Origin: Nannocystales bacterium
Lineage (GTDB): Bacteria; Myxococcota_A; Polyangia; Nannocystales; Nannocystaceae
Direction of reading: 5' to 3'
Length of the DNA stretch: 64,000 bases
NCBI GenBank assembly: GCA_050633305.1
Contig: JBOEGF010000032.1
Location: 96,001-160,000 of the forward strand
Part shown: in pieces, positions 9,718 through 19,854 of the stretch
Numbering within the stretch: the first letter of the stretch is position 1
Layout: the number at the start of each line of letters is the position of its first letter
Position numbers and translations under genes: made by a program
The notes under the pieces: model-generated
Databases searched by the model: none
What the model saw: only the letters and a program-made list of their open reading frames with translations
Told to the model about the DNA's origin: nothing

Positions 9718-11348
9718 TGAACGACCCCAAGCCCGGTCTCACCCGCGTGCACCGACTGGTGCTCGCGGCCCTGTCCATCGTGCCGATGGTGCTGTGCGTG
9801 GCGGACTGGGACATCTGGGTCTTGGGGTACGTCGCGTGGATTCCCCTGCTCGCCGCCGTGGATGGACTCCGGCCCCGCCAAGCCCTGTTCTGGGGTTGGC
9901 TGGTCGGCACCTTCACGGTGTTTTGGGGGTTCTTCTGGATCACCGAGCTCCTGGTCAAGTTCGCGGGCTTCCCGTTGGCGTTGGGGGCTCCGGTCACGCT
10001 GTTGTTCGCGAGCTACCACGGTCTGTTGTGGGGCTTCGCCATGATGCTCACCGTCTGGCTGACCGCCCGTACACGGCTGCCCCTTTGGGTCACCGCGCCG
10101 ATCTGTTGGGTCGTCGTCGAGGCGACGCTGCCGAACATCTTCCCGATCTACATGGCGCAGGGTTGGGCAGCCGAGCCGGTGATGATTCAGACGGCCGAGC
10201 TGGGCGGAGTCACCACGGTCAGCTTCCTGATGGTCGCCACCAACGCGGCGCTCTACGCCGTGGGCCTGCGCTTCTTGCAAACACGCGCCCTCGACAAACC
10301 GGCCGCGATCGCAGCCGGCGTCCTGCTGTTGGGCGTCCCGCTCTATGGCTCGGTGCGGATCTGGCAGGTGGAATCCACGATGGCCGCCGCCGAGCACCTC
10401 AAGGTCGGAGTCGTTCAGGGCAACATGAGCATCGCCGAGATGACACGCCCGCGGCTACGCGACCGTGCCTTCAACGGTGAGCTTCGCAAGAGCCGAGAGC
10501 TGGTTGCCGAGGGCGCGGAACTCATTTTGTGGGGCGAGACCGCCTACCCCAACAGCCGCATCTTCCATCGAGGCAGCAAACAAGAGCCGCCTCAAGGCCA
10601 CCCGTGGCGCCTGCACCAAGGCTTCGATGTTCCGATCATCTTCGGCACGGTGACCCGTGAGGACCCCCGCGGACAGAACTGTGGCTCGATTCACAAGTGC
10701 TGGAACACCGCCCTGCTGATCGGCAGCGACGGAAAAATCTCCGACCGCTACGACAAGGTCTATCGACTCGTGTTCGGAGAGTACGCACCCGTGGTCGACC
10801 CAGAGTGGTACCTGTCTCAGATCCCGACGGCTTCACATCTGCAACAGGGCGAAGGGCCCAAGGCACTGCAGATGGGCGAGCACCGGTTGGGCGCGTTCAT
10901 CTGTTACGAAGACATCCTCCCGCGCTACGTACGGGAGACGGCGAACCAGGGCGTCCACGCCTTCGTCAACCTCACCAACGACGCGTGGTTTGGCAAGACC
11001 CATGAGCCGGCGCAGCACTTGGGCCTGGCCGTCTTCCGGGCGGTCGAGCACCGCAAGGGCATGCTGCGCTCGGTCAACACGGGCATCAGCACCTACGTCG
11101 ACCCCACCGGACGCAAGGTGCACCGGACGGAGGTCACCGACCCCGACATCGAAGGGCCGCAGGAACCCGATGGATTCGTCGCTGACGTGCCCATGATGGA
11201 CCCCGACGCCAAGACGCCGTACATGCTCACCGGCGAGCTGTTCAACGGTCTGTGCATGTTGTCGCTCCTCGTGTTGGGCTGGCGATTCCGCCGAGAAGAC
11301 TCGCCGACCGCTCCGCGCGACGCGGCCGATGTGGCCGATGTGGCCTAA
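9717..11348 (+). CDS. lnt: Apolipoprotein N-acyltransferase
   Basis: N-terminal TM helices and a nitrilase triad E (WGETA), K (YDKVYRLVFGEY), C (FICYED), plus NLTNDAWFG. Confidence 0.93.
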   Translation: MNDPKPGLTRVHRLVLAALSIVPMVLCVADWDIWVLGYVAWIPLLAAVDGLRPRQALFWGWLVGTFTVFWGFFWITELLVKFAGFPLALGAPVTLLFASYHGLLWGFAMMLTVWLTARTRLPLWVTAPICWVVVEATLPNIFPIYMAQGWAAEPVMIQTAELGGVTTVSFLMVATNAALYAVGLRFLQTRALDKPAAIAAGVLLLGVPLYGSVRIWQVESTMAAAEHLKVGVVQGNMSIAEMTRPRLRDRAFNGELRKSRELVAEGAELILWGETAYPNSRIFHRGSKQEPPQGHPWRLHQGFDVPIIFGTVTREDPRGQNCGSIHKCWNTALLIGSDGKISDRYDKVYRLVFGEYAPVVDPEWYLSQIPTASHLQQGEGPKALQMGEHRLGAFICYEDILPRYVRETANQGVHAFVNLTNDAWFGKTHEPAQHLGLAVFRAVEHRKGMLRSVNTGISTYVDPTGRKVHRTEVTDPDIEGPQEPDGFVADVPMMDPDAKTPYMLTGELFNGLCMLSLLVLGWRFRREDSPTAPRDAADVADVA

Positions 11349-11537
11349 TACGGCACCCACGGGTGCTTCCTCCGAGTCCCGATGAGCGCCGAGAACACCC
11401 CAATCGGGGGGTCGTGCTCGGCTCTCGGAGAGGACATCCTGGTCTTTTCGGGAGTGTCGAGAGTCCGCCGTCTCTGCGGCAGCGGCACGCCGCCCGCAGT
11501 CGGCGGCGGTCCTACGCGGTACGCTCCGCGCCGATCC

Positions 11538-13367
11538 ATGAAGCCCACGGACGAAGACGAGCGCTCGGCCGACGCGCAGGACCATTGGCAAACACTCAAG
11601 ACGCTCTCGCGCCACCTGTGGCCCACGGATCGTCGGGGGCTTCAGCTACGGGTTGTCGTGGCGCTCACCTGCCTCTTCGGGGCCCGCGTGGTGAGTGTCT
11701 ACGTTCCCGTCATCTACAAGGATGCGGTCGACGCACTCACGCCGACGGACATCGCCCTCGTCCTGCCCCTTGCGGTCATCGTCTCGTACGGGCTCGCGCG
11801 CCTGTCCAGCACGTTGCTCGGGGAGCTCCGAGATTTCGTGTTCGTCCGCGTCTCCCAGCACGCACAACGCACAGTCGCCCTCGATACGTTCAAACACCTG
11901 CACCGCCTGTCGTTGCGATTCCACCTGGACCGGCAGACCGGCGGCCTGTCGCGCGTCATCGAGCGAGCGTTGCGCGGCATGCAGTTCGTTCTGTCCTTCA
12001 TGCTGTTCAACATCTTGCCGACGCTCGTCGAGCTGCTCCTGGTGATGGGCATCATGGCGCTGTACTTCGACTACCGGTACCCGCTCGTGACGGGTGCAAC
12101 GGTCGTCCTGTACATCGCGTTCACGCTCGTCGTGACCGAGTGGCGGCTGAAGTTCCGCAAGGAAATGAACGAGAAGGATTCGGCGGCCAACACCAAGGCG
12201 ATCGACAGCCTGCTCAACTTCGAGACCGTTAAGTACTTCAGCAACGAGAAGCACGAGTACGGCCGCTACGACGTCTCGCTCGCGGGATACGAGTCCGCAG
12301 CGGTCAAGAGCCAGAGTTCACTCTCGCTGCTCAACGTGGGCCAGGCCAGCATTATCAGCGCAGGCGTCGTTTCGCTGATGTACATGGCCGCCTCCGGGGT
12401 CGTCGATCGACAGCTCTCGCTCGGCGATTTCGTGCTCGCCAACACCTACATGATGCAGCTGTTCCTTCCGCTGAACTTCTTGGGCTTCGTCTATCGCGAG
12501 ATGAAGCAAGGCTTCATCGACATGGACAAGATGTTCGAGCTGCTGAGCGTTCAGGCCGAGGTGGAGGACCGCGACGACGCCAAATCGCTCGTCGTTGAGG
12601 GTGGCACGATCGTCTTCGACCACGTCACGTTCGCCTACAACGAAGACCGGGTGATCCTCGATGACATCTCGTTCACCGCGAACGCCGGCGAGACTGTGGC
12701 GATCGTCGGTCCTTCGGGCAGCGGCAAGTCGACCGTGGCACGACTGCTGTTCCGGTTCTACGACCCCCAATCGGGCACCATCTCCATCGACGGCCAAGAC
12801 GTACGCTCGGTCACCCAAGCCTCACTGCGAGAGAGCATCGGTGTCGTTCCCCAGGACACCGTCTTGTTCAACGACTCTGTCGGGTACAACATCGAGTACG
12901 GTCGCCCCGGCGCGTCGCAGGCCGACATCGAAAAGGCAGCCCGGCTGGCCCAGGTCTACGACTTCGTGACCAACCTCGAAAAAGGGTTCGACACCCCGGT
13001 CGGTGAGCGCGGGCTCAAGCTCTCCGGCGGCGAGAAGCAACGGGTGGCGATCGCGCGAACGATCCTCAAGGACCCGCCGATTCTGATCCTTGACGAAGCG
13101 ACGTCGGCCCTCGACACCCACACAGAGCAAGACATTCAGACGTCCCTCGAACATGTTTCCAAGGGTCGGACCACGGTCACGGTGGCGCACCGACTCTCCA
13201 CGATCAAGGACGCCCACCTCATTGTCGTGCTCGACCACGGGAAGATCGTCGAGCAAGGAACCCACGACGCCCTGCTCGCCGCGGACGGCGAGTACGCCTC
13301 GATGTGGAACCTGCAACAGCAAGCCCGAGAGTACGAGGACAAGCTCCGCGAGGTCGTCAAACGGTAG
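11538..13367 (+). CDS. ATM1/HMT1-type ABC exporter, fused permease/ATPase
   Basis: LSLRFHLDRQTGG, DSLLNFETVKYF, Walker A GPSGSGKST, LSGGEKQR and ILDEATSALD. Confidence 0.93.
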   Translation: MKPTDEDERSADAQDHWQTLKTLSRHLWPTDRRGLQLRVVVALTCLFGARVVSVYVPVIYKDAVDALTPTDIALVLPLAVIVSYGLARLSSTLLGELRDFVFVRVSQHAQRTVALDTFKHLHRLSLRFHLDRQTGGLSRVIERALRGMQFVLSFMLFNILPTLVELLLVMGIMALYFDYRYPLVTGATVVLYIAFTLVVTEWRLKFRKEMNEKDSAANTKAIDSLLNFETVKYFSNEKHEYGRYDVSLAGYESAAVKSQSSLSLLNVGQASIISAGVVSLMYMAASGVVDRQLSLGDFVLANTYMMQLFLPLNFLGFVYREMKQGFIDMDKMFELLSVQAEVEDRDDAKSLVVEGGTIVFDHVTFAYNEDRVILDDISFTANAGETVAIVGPSGSGKSTVARLLFRFYDPQSGTISIDGQDVRSVTQASLRESIGVVPQDTVLFNDSVGYNIEYGRPGASQADIEKAARLAQVYDFVTNLEKGFDTPVGERGLKLSGGEKQRVAIARTILKDPPILILDEATSALDTHTEQDIQTSLEHVSKGRTTVTVAHRLSTIKDAHLIVVLDHGKIVEQGTHDALLAADGEYASMWNLQQQAREYEDKLREVVKR

Positions 13368-13387
13368 GCTGCGGGGTCATCCGACGC

Positions 13388-14245
13388 TCAAGACCCCAGC
13401 CAACGGAGCAGGTCGCTTCGCATCCGAGCGAAGCTCGGCGCGACGTACAGGTGCTCCTGATAGTTCGTCGGGTCGAATGCATCGGCCGCCATGTCATCGA
13501 GGTTCCACGCTCGGTGGTCCACCGCCTCAAACCGGCGCATCTCCCCGAACGAGGACAGCATGCCAGCGCCGTAGACCTTCAGGCGCTCGTCCTCGACGAG
13601 GACCCCGAACTCGATCGTGTACCAGTACACCCGGATCAAGGCGTCCAGGCGTCTGGTGTCCGTGGCCCGTAGCGCTGCCATCCCAAAGGCGTGGTTGAGT
13701 TCGGCCAACTCGGCGTCGGCGAGCCACGGAACGTGCCCGATGTACTCATGCACGACATCCGGTTCCGGGGTGTACAGCGGCTCGCTCTGATGCCGCATGT
13801 ACTGCGTCGCAAAAAAACGTCGGCTTGCGAGCGCCTCGAGGAACACCCGAGGCTGCACCAAGCCTGCGACAGGGAGCAGCGTGAATCCCTGCAACGGTTC
13901 GAGCCTCGCGTTGACCGAGGCGAAGCTGGGGATGACCTCGTGGTCGAACCCGTACGCCTCGCAGGCTTGGCGGTATTGGTGGCACCCAACCCGTGCATGC
14001 TCGGCCTCCAGCTCGGCCCACACGCTTCGCCACACGCCCTGTTCGACGGCGTTGTACTGCACGTCGGGGAACGGGTCCCCTTCGGAGAACTGCCTCGCGT
14101 GCGTGGCGATGGCGTTGCGTCGTCGCCGATACACCGCGTCGTTGAAGCCGGGATGGTCACGCTCAAGTTCGACCAGTTCGATCTGCTCGCCTGAAAAACC
14201 GCCTGGCCGGAGCGTTGGGGCAGCGGTGTCGTCCAGCGGCTCCAC
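13388..14245 (-). CDS. phhA: Phenylalanine 4-monooxygenase (pterin-dependent aromatic amino acid hydroxylase)
   Basis: DHPGFND, TQYMRH, YTPEPDVVHEYIGHVP, YWYTIEFG and YGAGMLSS. GTG start at 14245 is inferred. Confidence 0.9.
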   Translation of the reverse strand: MEPLDDTAAPTLRPGGFSGEQIELVELERDHPGFNDAVYRRRRNAIATHARQFSEGDPFPDVQYNAVEQGVWRSVWAELEAEHARVGCHQYRQACEAYGFDHEVIPSFASVNARLEPLQGFTLLPVAGLVQPRVFLEALASRRFFATQYMRHQSEPLYTPEPDVVHEYIGHVPWLADAELAELNHAFGMAALRATDTRRLDALIRVYWYTIEFGVLVEDERLKVYGAGMLSSFGEMRRFEAVDHRAWNLDDMAADAFDPTNYQEHLYVAPSFARMRSDLLRWLGS

Positions 14246-14321
14246 GTCTCCAAGCGTAAGCTCGTTGTTCGTCCGTCGCCACGTTGCGCTTCGCGCCAAC
14301 GGGCTTGTTACCCTCTGCGCC

Positions 14322-15038
14322 ATGCGACGCGCATCGCTCCTGTCCCTCGCCGTCCTCCTGCTCGCGTGCGACAAGTCCGGCGACACTCCCGCCGCAGACC
14401 CGAAAGCTCCCGACGAGGCCAAGGCCGAGGAGACGGCCGCGGCCGTACCGGCTCGCAAGACCGCCACCCCACCTCCAGTCACCCCGGCAAACGCCCCACC
14501 AGCCGAGGTTGGAAAACCCGCGCCCGACTTCACCCTGCCGGGCTTGGACGGAGTGGAGGTCAAGCTCTCCAGCTTCCGAGGCAAGACCGTTGTCTTGGAG
14601 TGGTTCAACCCGAACTGCCCGTTTGTGAACAACGCGCACGCAGAAGGATCGCTCAAGACGATGGCCAAGGATGAGGTCGCGAAGGGCGTCGTCTGGTTGG
14701 CGGTCAACTCCGGGGCCCCTGGCAAGCAGGGACATGGGGTGGAAGCAAATACCGTGGGGGTCAAGACGTTCGGACTCGAGCACCCGGTGTTGCTCGACGA
14801 GTCCGGTGCGGTCGGCCGAGCCTACGGAGCCGAGAAGACGCCGCACGTGTTCCTGATCGACGGCGACGGCACGCTCGTGTACCGCGGGGCGATCGACAAC
14901 GCCCCCTTCGGCGAGGTGGATGGCGGCGGGGACGTGATCAACTACCTCGCCAATGCACTCACGGAGCTGAGTGCGGACAAACCCATCACAACACCACAGA
15001 CCGCACCGTATGGCTGCACGGTGAAGTACGGGTCCTAG
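14322..15038 (+). CDS. Thioredoxin-fold (AhpC/TSA, redoxin) lipoprotein
   Basis: Lipobox LLAC, APDFTL, EWFNPNCPFV, YGAEKTPH, YRGAIDN and YGCTVKY. Confidence 0.88.
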   Translation: MRRASLLSLAVLLLACDKSGDTPAADPKAPDEAKAEETAAAVPARKTATPPPVTPANAPPAEVGKPAPDFTLPGLDGVEVKLSSFRGKTVVLEWFNPNCPFVNNAHAEGSLKTMAKDEVAKGVVWLAVNSGAPGKQGHGVEANTVGVKTFGLEHPVLLDESGAVGRAYGAEKTPHVFLIDGDGTLVYRGAIDNAPFGEVDGGGDVINYLANALTELSADKPITTPQTAPYGCTVKYGS

Positions 15039-15111
15039 AACCGGGTGGATTCAGACCGGGTCCTCGCCCCGTGCGTTGACGTTTCGACCACCTGATACGC
15101 TGAGGACTCCA

Positions 15112-15477
15112 ATGCCCAAACTGCTCGCCTGCCCCCATTGCCAGTTTCACGCACTCTCCAGCGAGTCGCGCTGCCCCCACTGCCGGGCGCAGCTTCGCCC
15201 CGCGAACGGCCGCCTTGCGCTGACCGCGGCTGCCGCCCTGCTGGGCCTGTCTCCGGTGGCGTGTGAGAAGGCGGGACCCGAGCCCGCGCCTCCCTCCGAC
15301 AGCGGAGGCGTCGCGGAGCCCGAGTACGGCGTCCCGGACACAGGTGAGGCGCCGAGCGATCCCGACGCCCAGAACCCCGACGCTCCCGCAGACCCCGACG
15401 GCGACCCCGCCTTCGAGGCGGAGTACGGAGTCCCGGAGCCCGACTACGGTGTCCCCGAGATAGCGACCCAGGACTGA
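15112..15477 (+). CDS. Small protein with an N-terminal double CxxC, a signal/lipobox-like segment and three (E/D)YGVP repeats
   Basis: CPHC x2, LALTAAAALLGLSPVAC, then PEYGVP, AEYGVP and PDYGVP. GAGGA lies upstream of the ATG. Confidence 0.75.
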   Translation: MPKLLACPHCQFHALSSESRCPHCRAQLRPANGRLALTAAAALLGLSPVACEKAGPEPAPPSDSGGVAEPEYGVPDTGEAPSDPDAQNPDAPADPDGDPAFEAEYGVPEPDYGVPEIATQD

Positions 15478-15496
15478 GTCAAGCGGGCAGGGGCCT

Positions 15497-16489
15497 TCAA
15501 CTCGCCGCGGCCTGCTCATCGAGGGCGGCGGCAAAGCGGCGTACGATTTCACCGGCGGACTCGACCTCGTGTACACCCGACACGCTTCGCCCAGCCTGGA
15601 AGTAGTTCTTGTATCCGCTGCCGTGAAGGTTGGCCTTCTTGAGCTGCCACACCGAGCGTAGCGAGTAGTACGTGCGGATGTAGTGCTTGAGCTTGGGATG
15701 CCGAAGCATTCGCTTGGCGATGAAACCCGCCTCCGTCCCCACGGCTTCGACGTACGGAGTCTTGATCACCGCGACCGGAACGCCGGAGATGCGCTCGCTG
15801 AGCACGATGTCCTCCTCCTTGGCCTCGACGATCGCGGCCTTGTAGTCGGCGTGGGCCGTGCACTCGGACGTCGCGATGAATCGGGTTCCCATCTGAACGG
15901 CCCCGTAGCCTATGGACAGGGCATCGACGAACCCTGCCGCCTCCCCCACCCCGCCCGCGCACACCAGTGGCAGACCGAGGTCTTGCATGGAATCGAACAG
16001 TTGCTGCGGCGTCTGACTCCCCGCGTGCCCACCGGCTCGACCGTTGACGCAGATGAGGCCGTCGACCCCGGCGTCCTTCGCCTTGAGCGCAAACTTCCGC
16101 TCGGTGACGTCGTGATAGACGAATCCACCTGCCGCGTGAACCTTGCGAACGACCTCCCCCGGGTCCCCCAGGGCTGTGATGAAGAAACGAACCCCTTCCT
16201 CCAGCGCGATGTCGATCCACCGCATCATGCGGTCGAGGTAGACCTTCGAGCTCTTCTCCACGATCGCGTTGAAGCCGATGGGCTTGTCGGTGAGCGATTG
16301 AATCTTCCGCAGCCCTTCCCGGAAGTCGTTGCCGTGCACATACGTCAGGGAGATCGGCTGAACGATGCCGATACCACCGGCCTCCGACACCGCCGCGACC
16401 AACTCGGGGTTGGAGCACGGATACATCGCCCCACAGATCAATGGGACGGAAGCTCCCGTGTGCTCCTCGAAGGCACTGCGCGCGTTCAT
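15497..16489 (-). CDS. Nitronate monooxygenase / FabK-like FMN oxidoreductase
   Basis: PLICGAM, AAVSEAGGIG, AGGHAG, AGGVG and VQMGTRF. Confidence 0.9.
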   Translation of the reverse strand: MNARSAFEEHTGASVPLICGAMYPCSNPELVAAVSEAGGIGIVQPISLTYVHGNDFREGLRKIQSLTDKPIGFNAIVEKSSKVYLDRMMRWIDIALEEGVRFFITALGDPGEVVRKVHAAGGFVYHDVTERKFALKAKDAGVDGLICVNGRAGGHAGSQTPQQLFDSMQDLGLPLVCAGGVGEAAGFVDALSIGYGAVQMGTRFIATSECTAHADYKAAIVEAKEEDIVLSERISGVPVAVIKTPYVEAVGTEAGFIAKRMLRHPKLKHYIRTYYSLRSVWQLKKANLHGSGYKNYFQAGRSVSGVHEVESAGEIVRRFAAALDEQAAAS

Positions 16490-16582
16490 ACGGTCGACGC
16501 TAACGGGGAGCACCTCGTGCGACCACCCTCAATCCGGCGGGCCCGTCCTGCAAAGCCGCCGGAGCGCTGGTAGCGTGCCATC

Positions 16583-18070
16583 GTGTTGGCGCGACAGGGT
16601 TGGGGCGGATGGGTGCTGGCAGCGGCCGGGTTGTGGACCACGGCGGCTTGCGGGCCTGCGGTGGGCAGCGGGGAGACCGACGGGGAAACCGGCTCGGGCA
16701 GCGTTGGCACCACCACCACCGCGCCTGATCCCAGCACCACGGCTCCAGTGACCTCCACGTCCACCTCGACTCCAAGCACGGTCACAACCGCGCCACCGAC
16801 CGAGGACGAAAGCGGTGACGCTGGGTCGAGCGAGACCGGCAGTACCACCGGGGACGTCCCGCCCTGCGAAGAGGGCAACTGTCGGATCGACATCGTCATC
16901 GTCGTCGACAACTCCGCCCGAACGGCGGGGGCCCAAGAGGCACTCGCACTGGGGATGATCGAGCTCGAAGCTCAGCTCCGAGGAATGGGCGCCGACTTCC
17001 AGGTGATGTTCACAACCACCGACTTCGGCAACCCGTCGTGTACTCCGTTCGAGCCGGCGGGATACGACCCGGCGCGTGGTGAACCCGTCGCAAGCCCCTG
17101 CACGGCCCGGCTGGACGATTTCGTCGGCCTCGGTGGCGCTGCGGTCAACGCCCAAAGCGCCTGCACCAACGTTTGCCCGGATGGCATCGGCCCCATCAAC
17201 GACCCCTTCGTCGCGTTCGACGGGCTCAACCACAATCTCCCGGAGCTGACCGATCCCGTCGATATCGATGGCGATGGCGTCCCGGAGAACGAGGTCGCGC
17301 GCGCCATGGCTTGCCTCGCCCCGATGGGCATCAATGGTTGCGCCTACGAGTCGCCGCTGGAGAACATGCTCCAGGCGCTCAACCCTGCGGCGGCTTGGAA
17401 CACCGCGGTGCGCCCCTTCCTGCGCCCCGACGCCGCGGTCGGACTCGTCCTGCTCACCGACGAGTTCGACTGCTCGGTCTCGGACTACACGATGATGTCC
17501 GACACCTCGCTCATGGAACTCTTCCCCGCGACCGGTCAGCCCAGCGCGAGCAGTGCGCTGTGTTGGAACGCCGGCACCGATTGTGACGGGCCGTTGCCCG
17601 ACGGAACCTACGATTGCACCGCGGTCGCCGACGACAACCTCCAGCCGCTGACGCGGTACACGAACTACCTCGAAGACACACTCGCCCAGGACATGCTCAA
17701 ACCCGTGTACATGCTCGGGTTGTTGGGCGTGCCTGCGGTCACCCAAAGGATGAACCGCGCCCCCTTCACACCGCTCGCGGGCGGGATTGCCGACCTTCAG
17801 GTCCGAGACTGGACCGAAGCGGACGTACTCCCCGAAGACGCAGCGATGGGGGTCACGGCCGCAGATCAGCAGTTCTCGTACGGCGTTGGCCCGTCGTGCT
17901 CACGACCCGAGAGCACGACGGGCCGACAAGGGATTCCCCCGCTGCGCATCTCAGAGGTCTGCGAGGGCCTCTCGGGAGCCGACAGCCAGCGGTGCTGCAT
18001 CGAGTCGATCTGCGACGACGACTATGCTGCTGGGATGCGGTGCCTCGCCGGTATGTTCCAGGCCGGCTGA
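16583..18070 (+). CDS. Myxobacterial Cys-rich vWA-like lipoprotein
   Basis: Lipobox TAAC, Thr/Ser linker, IDIVIVVDNS, GCAYESPLE, FLRPDA and LTDEFDCS. Confidence 0.75.
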   Translation: MLARQGWGGWVLAAAGLWTTAACGPAVGSGETDGETGSGSVGTTTTAPDPSTTAPVTSTSTSTPSTVTTAPPTEDESGDAGSSETGSTTGDVPPCEEGNCRIDIVIVVDNSARTAGAQEALALGMIELEAQLRGMGADFQVMFTTTDFGNPSCTPFEPAGYDPARGEPVASPCTARLDDFVGLGGAAVNAQSACTNVCPDGIGPINDPFVAFDGLNHNLPELTDPVDIDGDGVPENEVARAMACLAPMGINGCAYESPLENMLQALNPAAAWNTAVRPFLRPDAAVGLVLLTDEFDCSVSDYTMMSDTSLMELFPATGQPSASSALCWNAGTDCDGPLPDGTYDCTAVADDNLQPLTRYTNYLEDTLAQDMLKPVYMLGLLGVPAVTQRMNRAPFTPLAGGIADLQVRDWTEADVLPEDAAMGVTAADQQFSYGVGPSCSRPESTTGRQGIPPLRISEVCEGLSGADSQRCCIESICDDDYAAGMRCLAGMFQAG

Positions 18071-18077
18071 GCCCGAG

Positions 18078-19796
18078 TCACGCAGGGCGGGCTCGGGGCC
18101 CGCGCAGCAGCGTCCCTCCGAGCACCCCCGTGTGCTCGCCATCGATGTAGACAACCTCACCGCCGATGATCGTGAACCGGTAGCCGGTCGCATCCTGCAG
18201 AAGGCGGCGCCCGCCTGCGGGCAGGTCCCAGGCCATTCGCGCGGGCCCCAGCTTGAGATTGTCGAAGTCGATCACGTTGACGTCGGCCCGCATCCCCGGT
18301 GCCAAGACCCCCCGGTCATGCAAACCGTAGATGTCTGCGGTGTCCTTCGTCTGCCGCTTCACCACATGCTCGAGACCCAGCTTCGGGCCGCGGCGACGGT
18401 CTCGTGCCCAGTGCGTCAGCATGAACGTGGGCATGCCCGCATCACAGATCGCCCCACAGTGAGCGCCCCCATCTGCCAGGCCGAACCTCGTGTTCGGATG
18501 GGCGTGCAGCGTATGGAGCGGATCGAGACTTCCCGAGGCGTAGTTGAACAGCGGAAAGTAGATCATGCCTTCGCCATCGCGTTCCATCAGGGCGTCGTAG
18601 ACGAGCTCCAATACGTCGACACCGGACCGAGCTGCGATCGCGGCCAGACTCTCCTCCGGCTCGGGTTCATAGTCGAAACCGGCGACCATCGGAAACATGC
18701 GGCCGAACGTTTGCGTGATGAACGACTCGAAGGGGCCTACGGTGACCGCCGTCTCTGCAAGGAGCTTGGCTCGAAAGCTCGCATCCCGCAGCGTCGCGAG
18801 CTGTTCCTCCCACGGGCGCGTCGCCAGCGCTTGCCACGACGGATACAGGGCGAACGGATGTGCTGTCCCGCGCCAACACATGCACAACCCAATGCTTCGC
18901 CCGGCGACCTGTCCCGTCAGCGGGATGCCGTCCGCGGACGCCTGCTCCAAGACCGCGAGCGCCTGCATCCAGCCTTCGGGGTTGGGGTCGGTCTGGGTGA
19001 GGTTGAACAGCACCGACGTCCCCTGCTCGCGTGCCATCGCATCGAGCCACTTCACCTCTTCGTGAATCCGGTCGTTGTCGCAGGAGATTTCGAACAGTGC
19101 CCCCTTGCTGGCCAACACCGCAGCGATGGCCGTGAGCTCATCCATGCTCGCGCTCGTTCCCGCCACGAGTACGCCCTGTGCCGTCTTGTGCAGCGGGGTT
19201 CGAGACGTCGAGAAGCCCAACGCGCCCGCCTCGATGGCGTCCCCTACCAACGACGCCATCTGAGCGATCTCCTCGGGCGTTGCGTCGTCCTGCTCTGAGC
19301 GCTCGGGTCCCATCACGTAGCCCCGGATTGCGCTATGCGGAACCTGGGTCGCGTAGTCGAGGGCGTGCGGCCGCCGCTGGAGCGCGTCGAGATACTCCGG
19401 GAACGACTCCCAGTCCCATTGAATGCCCTCGTGCAACGCGGCGCCAGGAATGTCCTCCACGCCCTCCATCACGTTGATCAGCCAATCTCGATGCTCTGCG
19501 CGACACGGTGCGAACCCAACACCGCAGTTCCCCATCACGACCGTGGTCACCCCGTGCCCACTGCTGGGAGAGAAGTGGGGGTCCCACGTCGCCTGGCCGT
19601 CGTAGTGGGTGTGCATGTCGACGAACCCCGGCGTGACCAGCATGCCCTTGGCGTCGAGCTCGCGACGGCCAGCGCCCGAGACCTCCCCCACCGCAGTCAC
19701 GACCGAGCCTTGCAGCGCAACGTCGGCGACCCGCGCGGGTGCTCCTGTCCCATCCACCACCAGGCCACCTCGAATGACGACGTCGTGCTCGCTCAT
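18078..19796 (-). CDS. N-acyl-D-amino-acid deacylase family amidohydrolase
   Basis: [39 protein letters not shown] and [11 protein letters not shown]. Confidence 0.9.
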   Translation of the reverse strand: MSEHDVVIRGGLVVDGTGAPARVADVALQGSVVTAVGEVSGAGRRELDAKGMLVTPGFVDMHTHYDGQATWDPHFSPSSGHGVTTVVMGNCGVGFAPCRAEHRDWLINVMEGVEDIPGAALHEGIQWDWESFPEYLDALQRRPHALDYATQVPHSAIRGYVMGPERSEQDDATPEEIAQMASLVGDAIEAGALGFSTSRTPLHKTAQGVLVAGTSASMDELTAIAAVLASKGALFEISCDNDRIHEEVKWLDAMAREQGTSVLFNLTQTDPNPEGWMQALAVLEQASADGIPLTGQVAGRSIGLCMCWRGTAHPFALYPSWQALATRPWEEQLATLRDASFRAKLLAETAVTVGPFESFITQTFGRMFPMVAGFDYEPEPEESLAAIAARSGVDVLELVYDALMERDGEGMIYFPLFNYASGSLDPLHTLHAHPNTRFGLADGGAHCGAICDAGMPTFMLTHWARDRRRGPKLGLEHVVKRQTKDTADIYGLHDRGVLAPGMRADVNVIDFDNLKLGPARMAWDLPAGGRRLLQDATGYRFTIIGGEVVYIDGEHTGVLGGTLLRGPRARPA

Positions 19797-19799
19797 CAG

Positions 19800-19834
19800 A
19801 AGTGAACCATATTCACTTTTTGAATCACATTCAA
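19800..19834. promoter_or_regulatory. Two tandem palindromic operators (TGAA-N5-TTCA), probable TetR binding sites
   Basis: AAGTGAA-CCATA-TTCACTT (19800-19818) and TTGAAT-CAC-ATTCAA (19820-19834) in the AT-rich gap between the divergent amidohydrolase and tetR genes. Confidence 0.75.
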
Positions 19835-19854
19835 CCTGGATGTAGACTGTGGCC

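Noticed and set aside
13388..15038. Apparent large overlap between the phhA ORF (to 14764) and the redoxin ORF (from 13797)
   Set aside because: It is an artefact of longest-ORF calling. Plausible starts at 14245 (-) and 14322 (+) give an ordinary 76-bp divergent gap.
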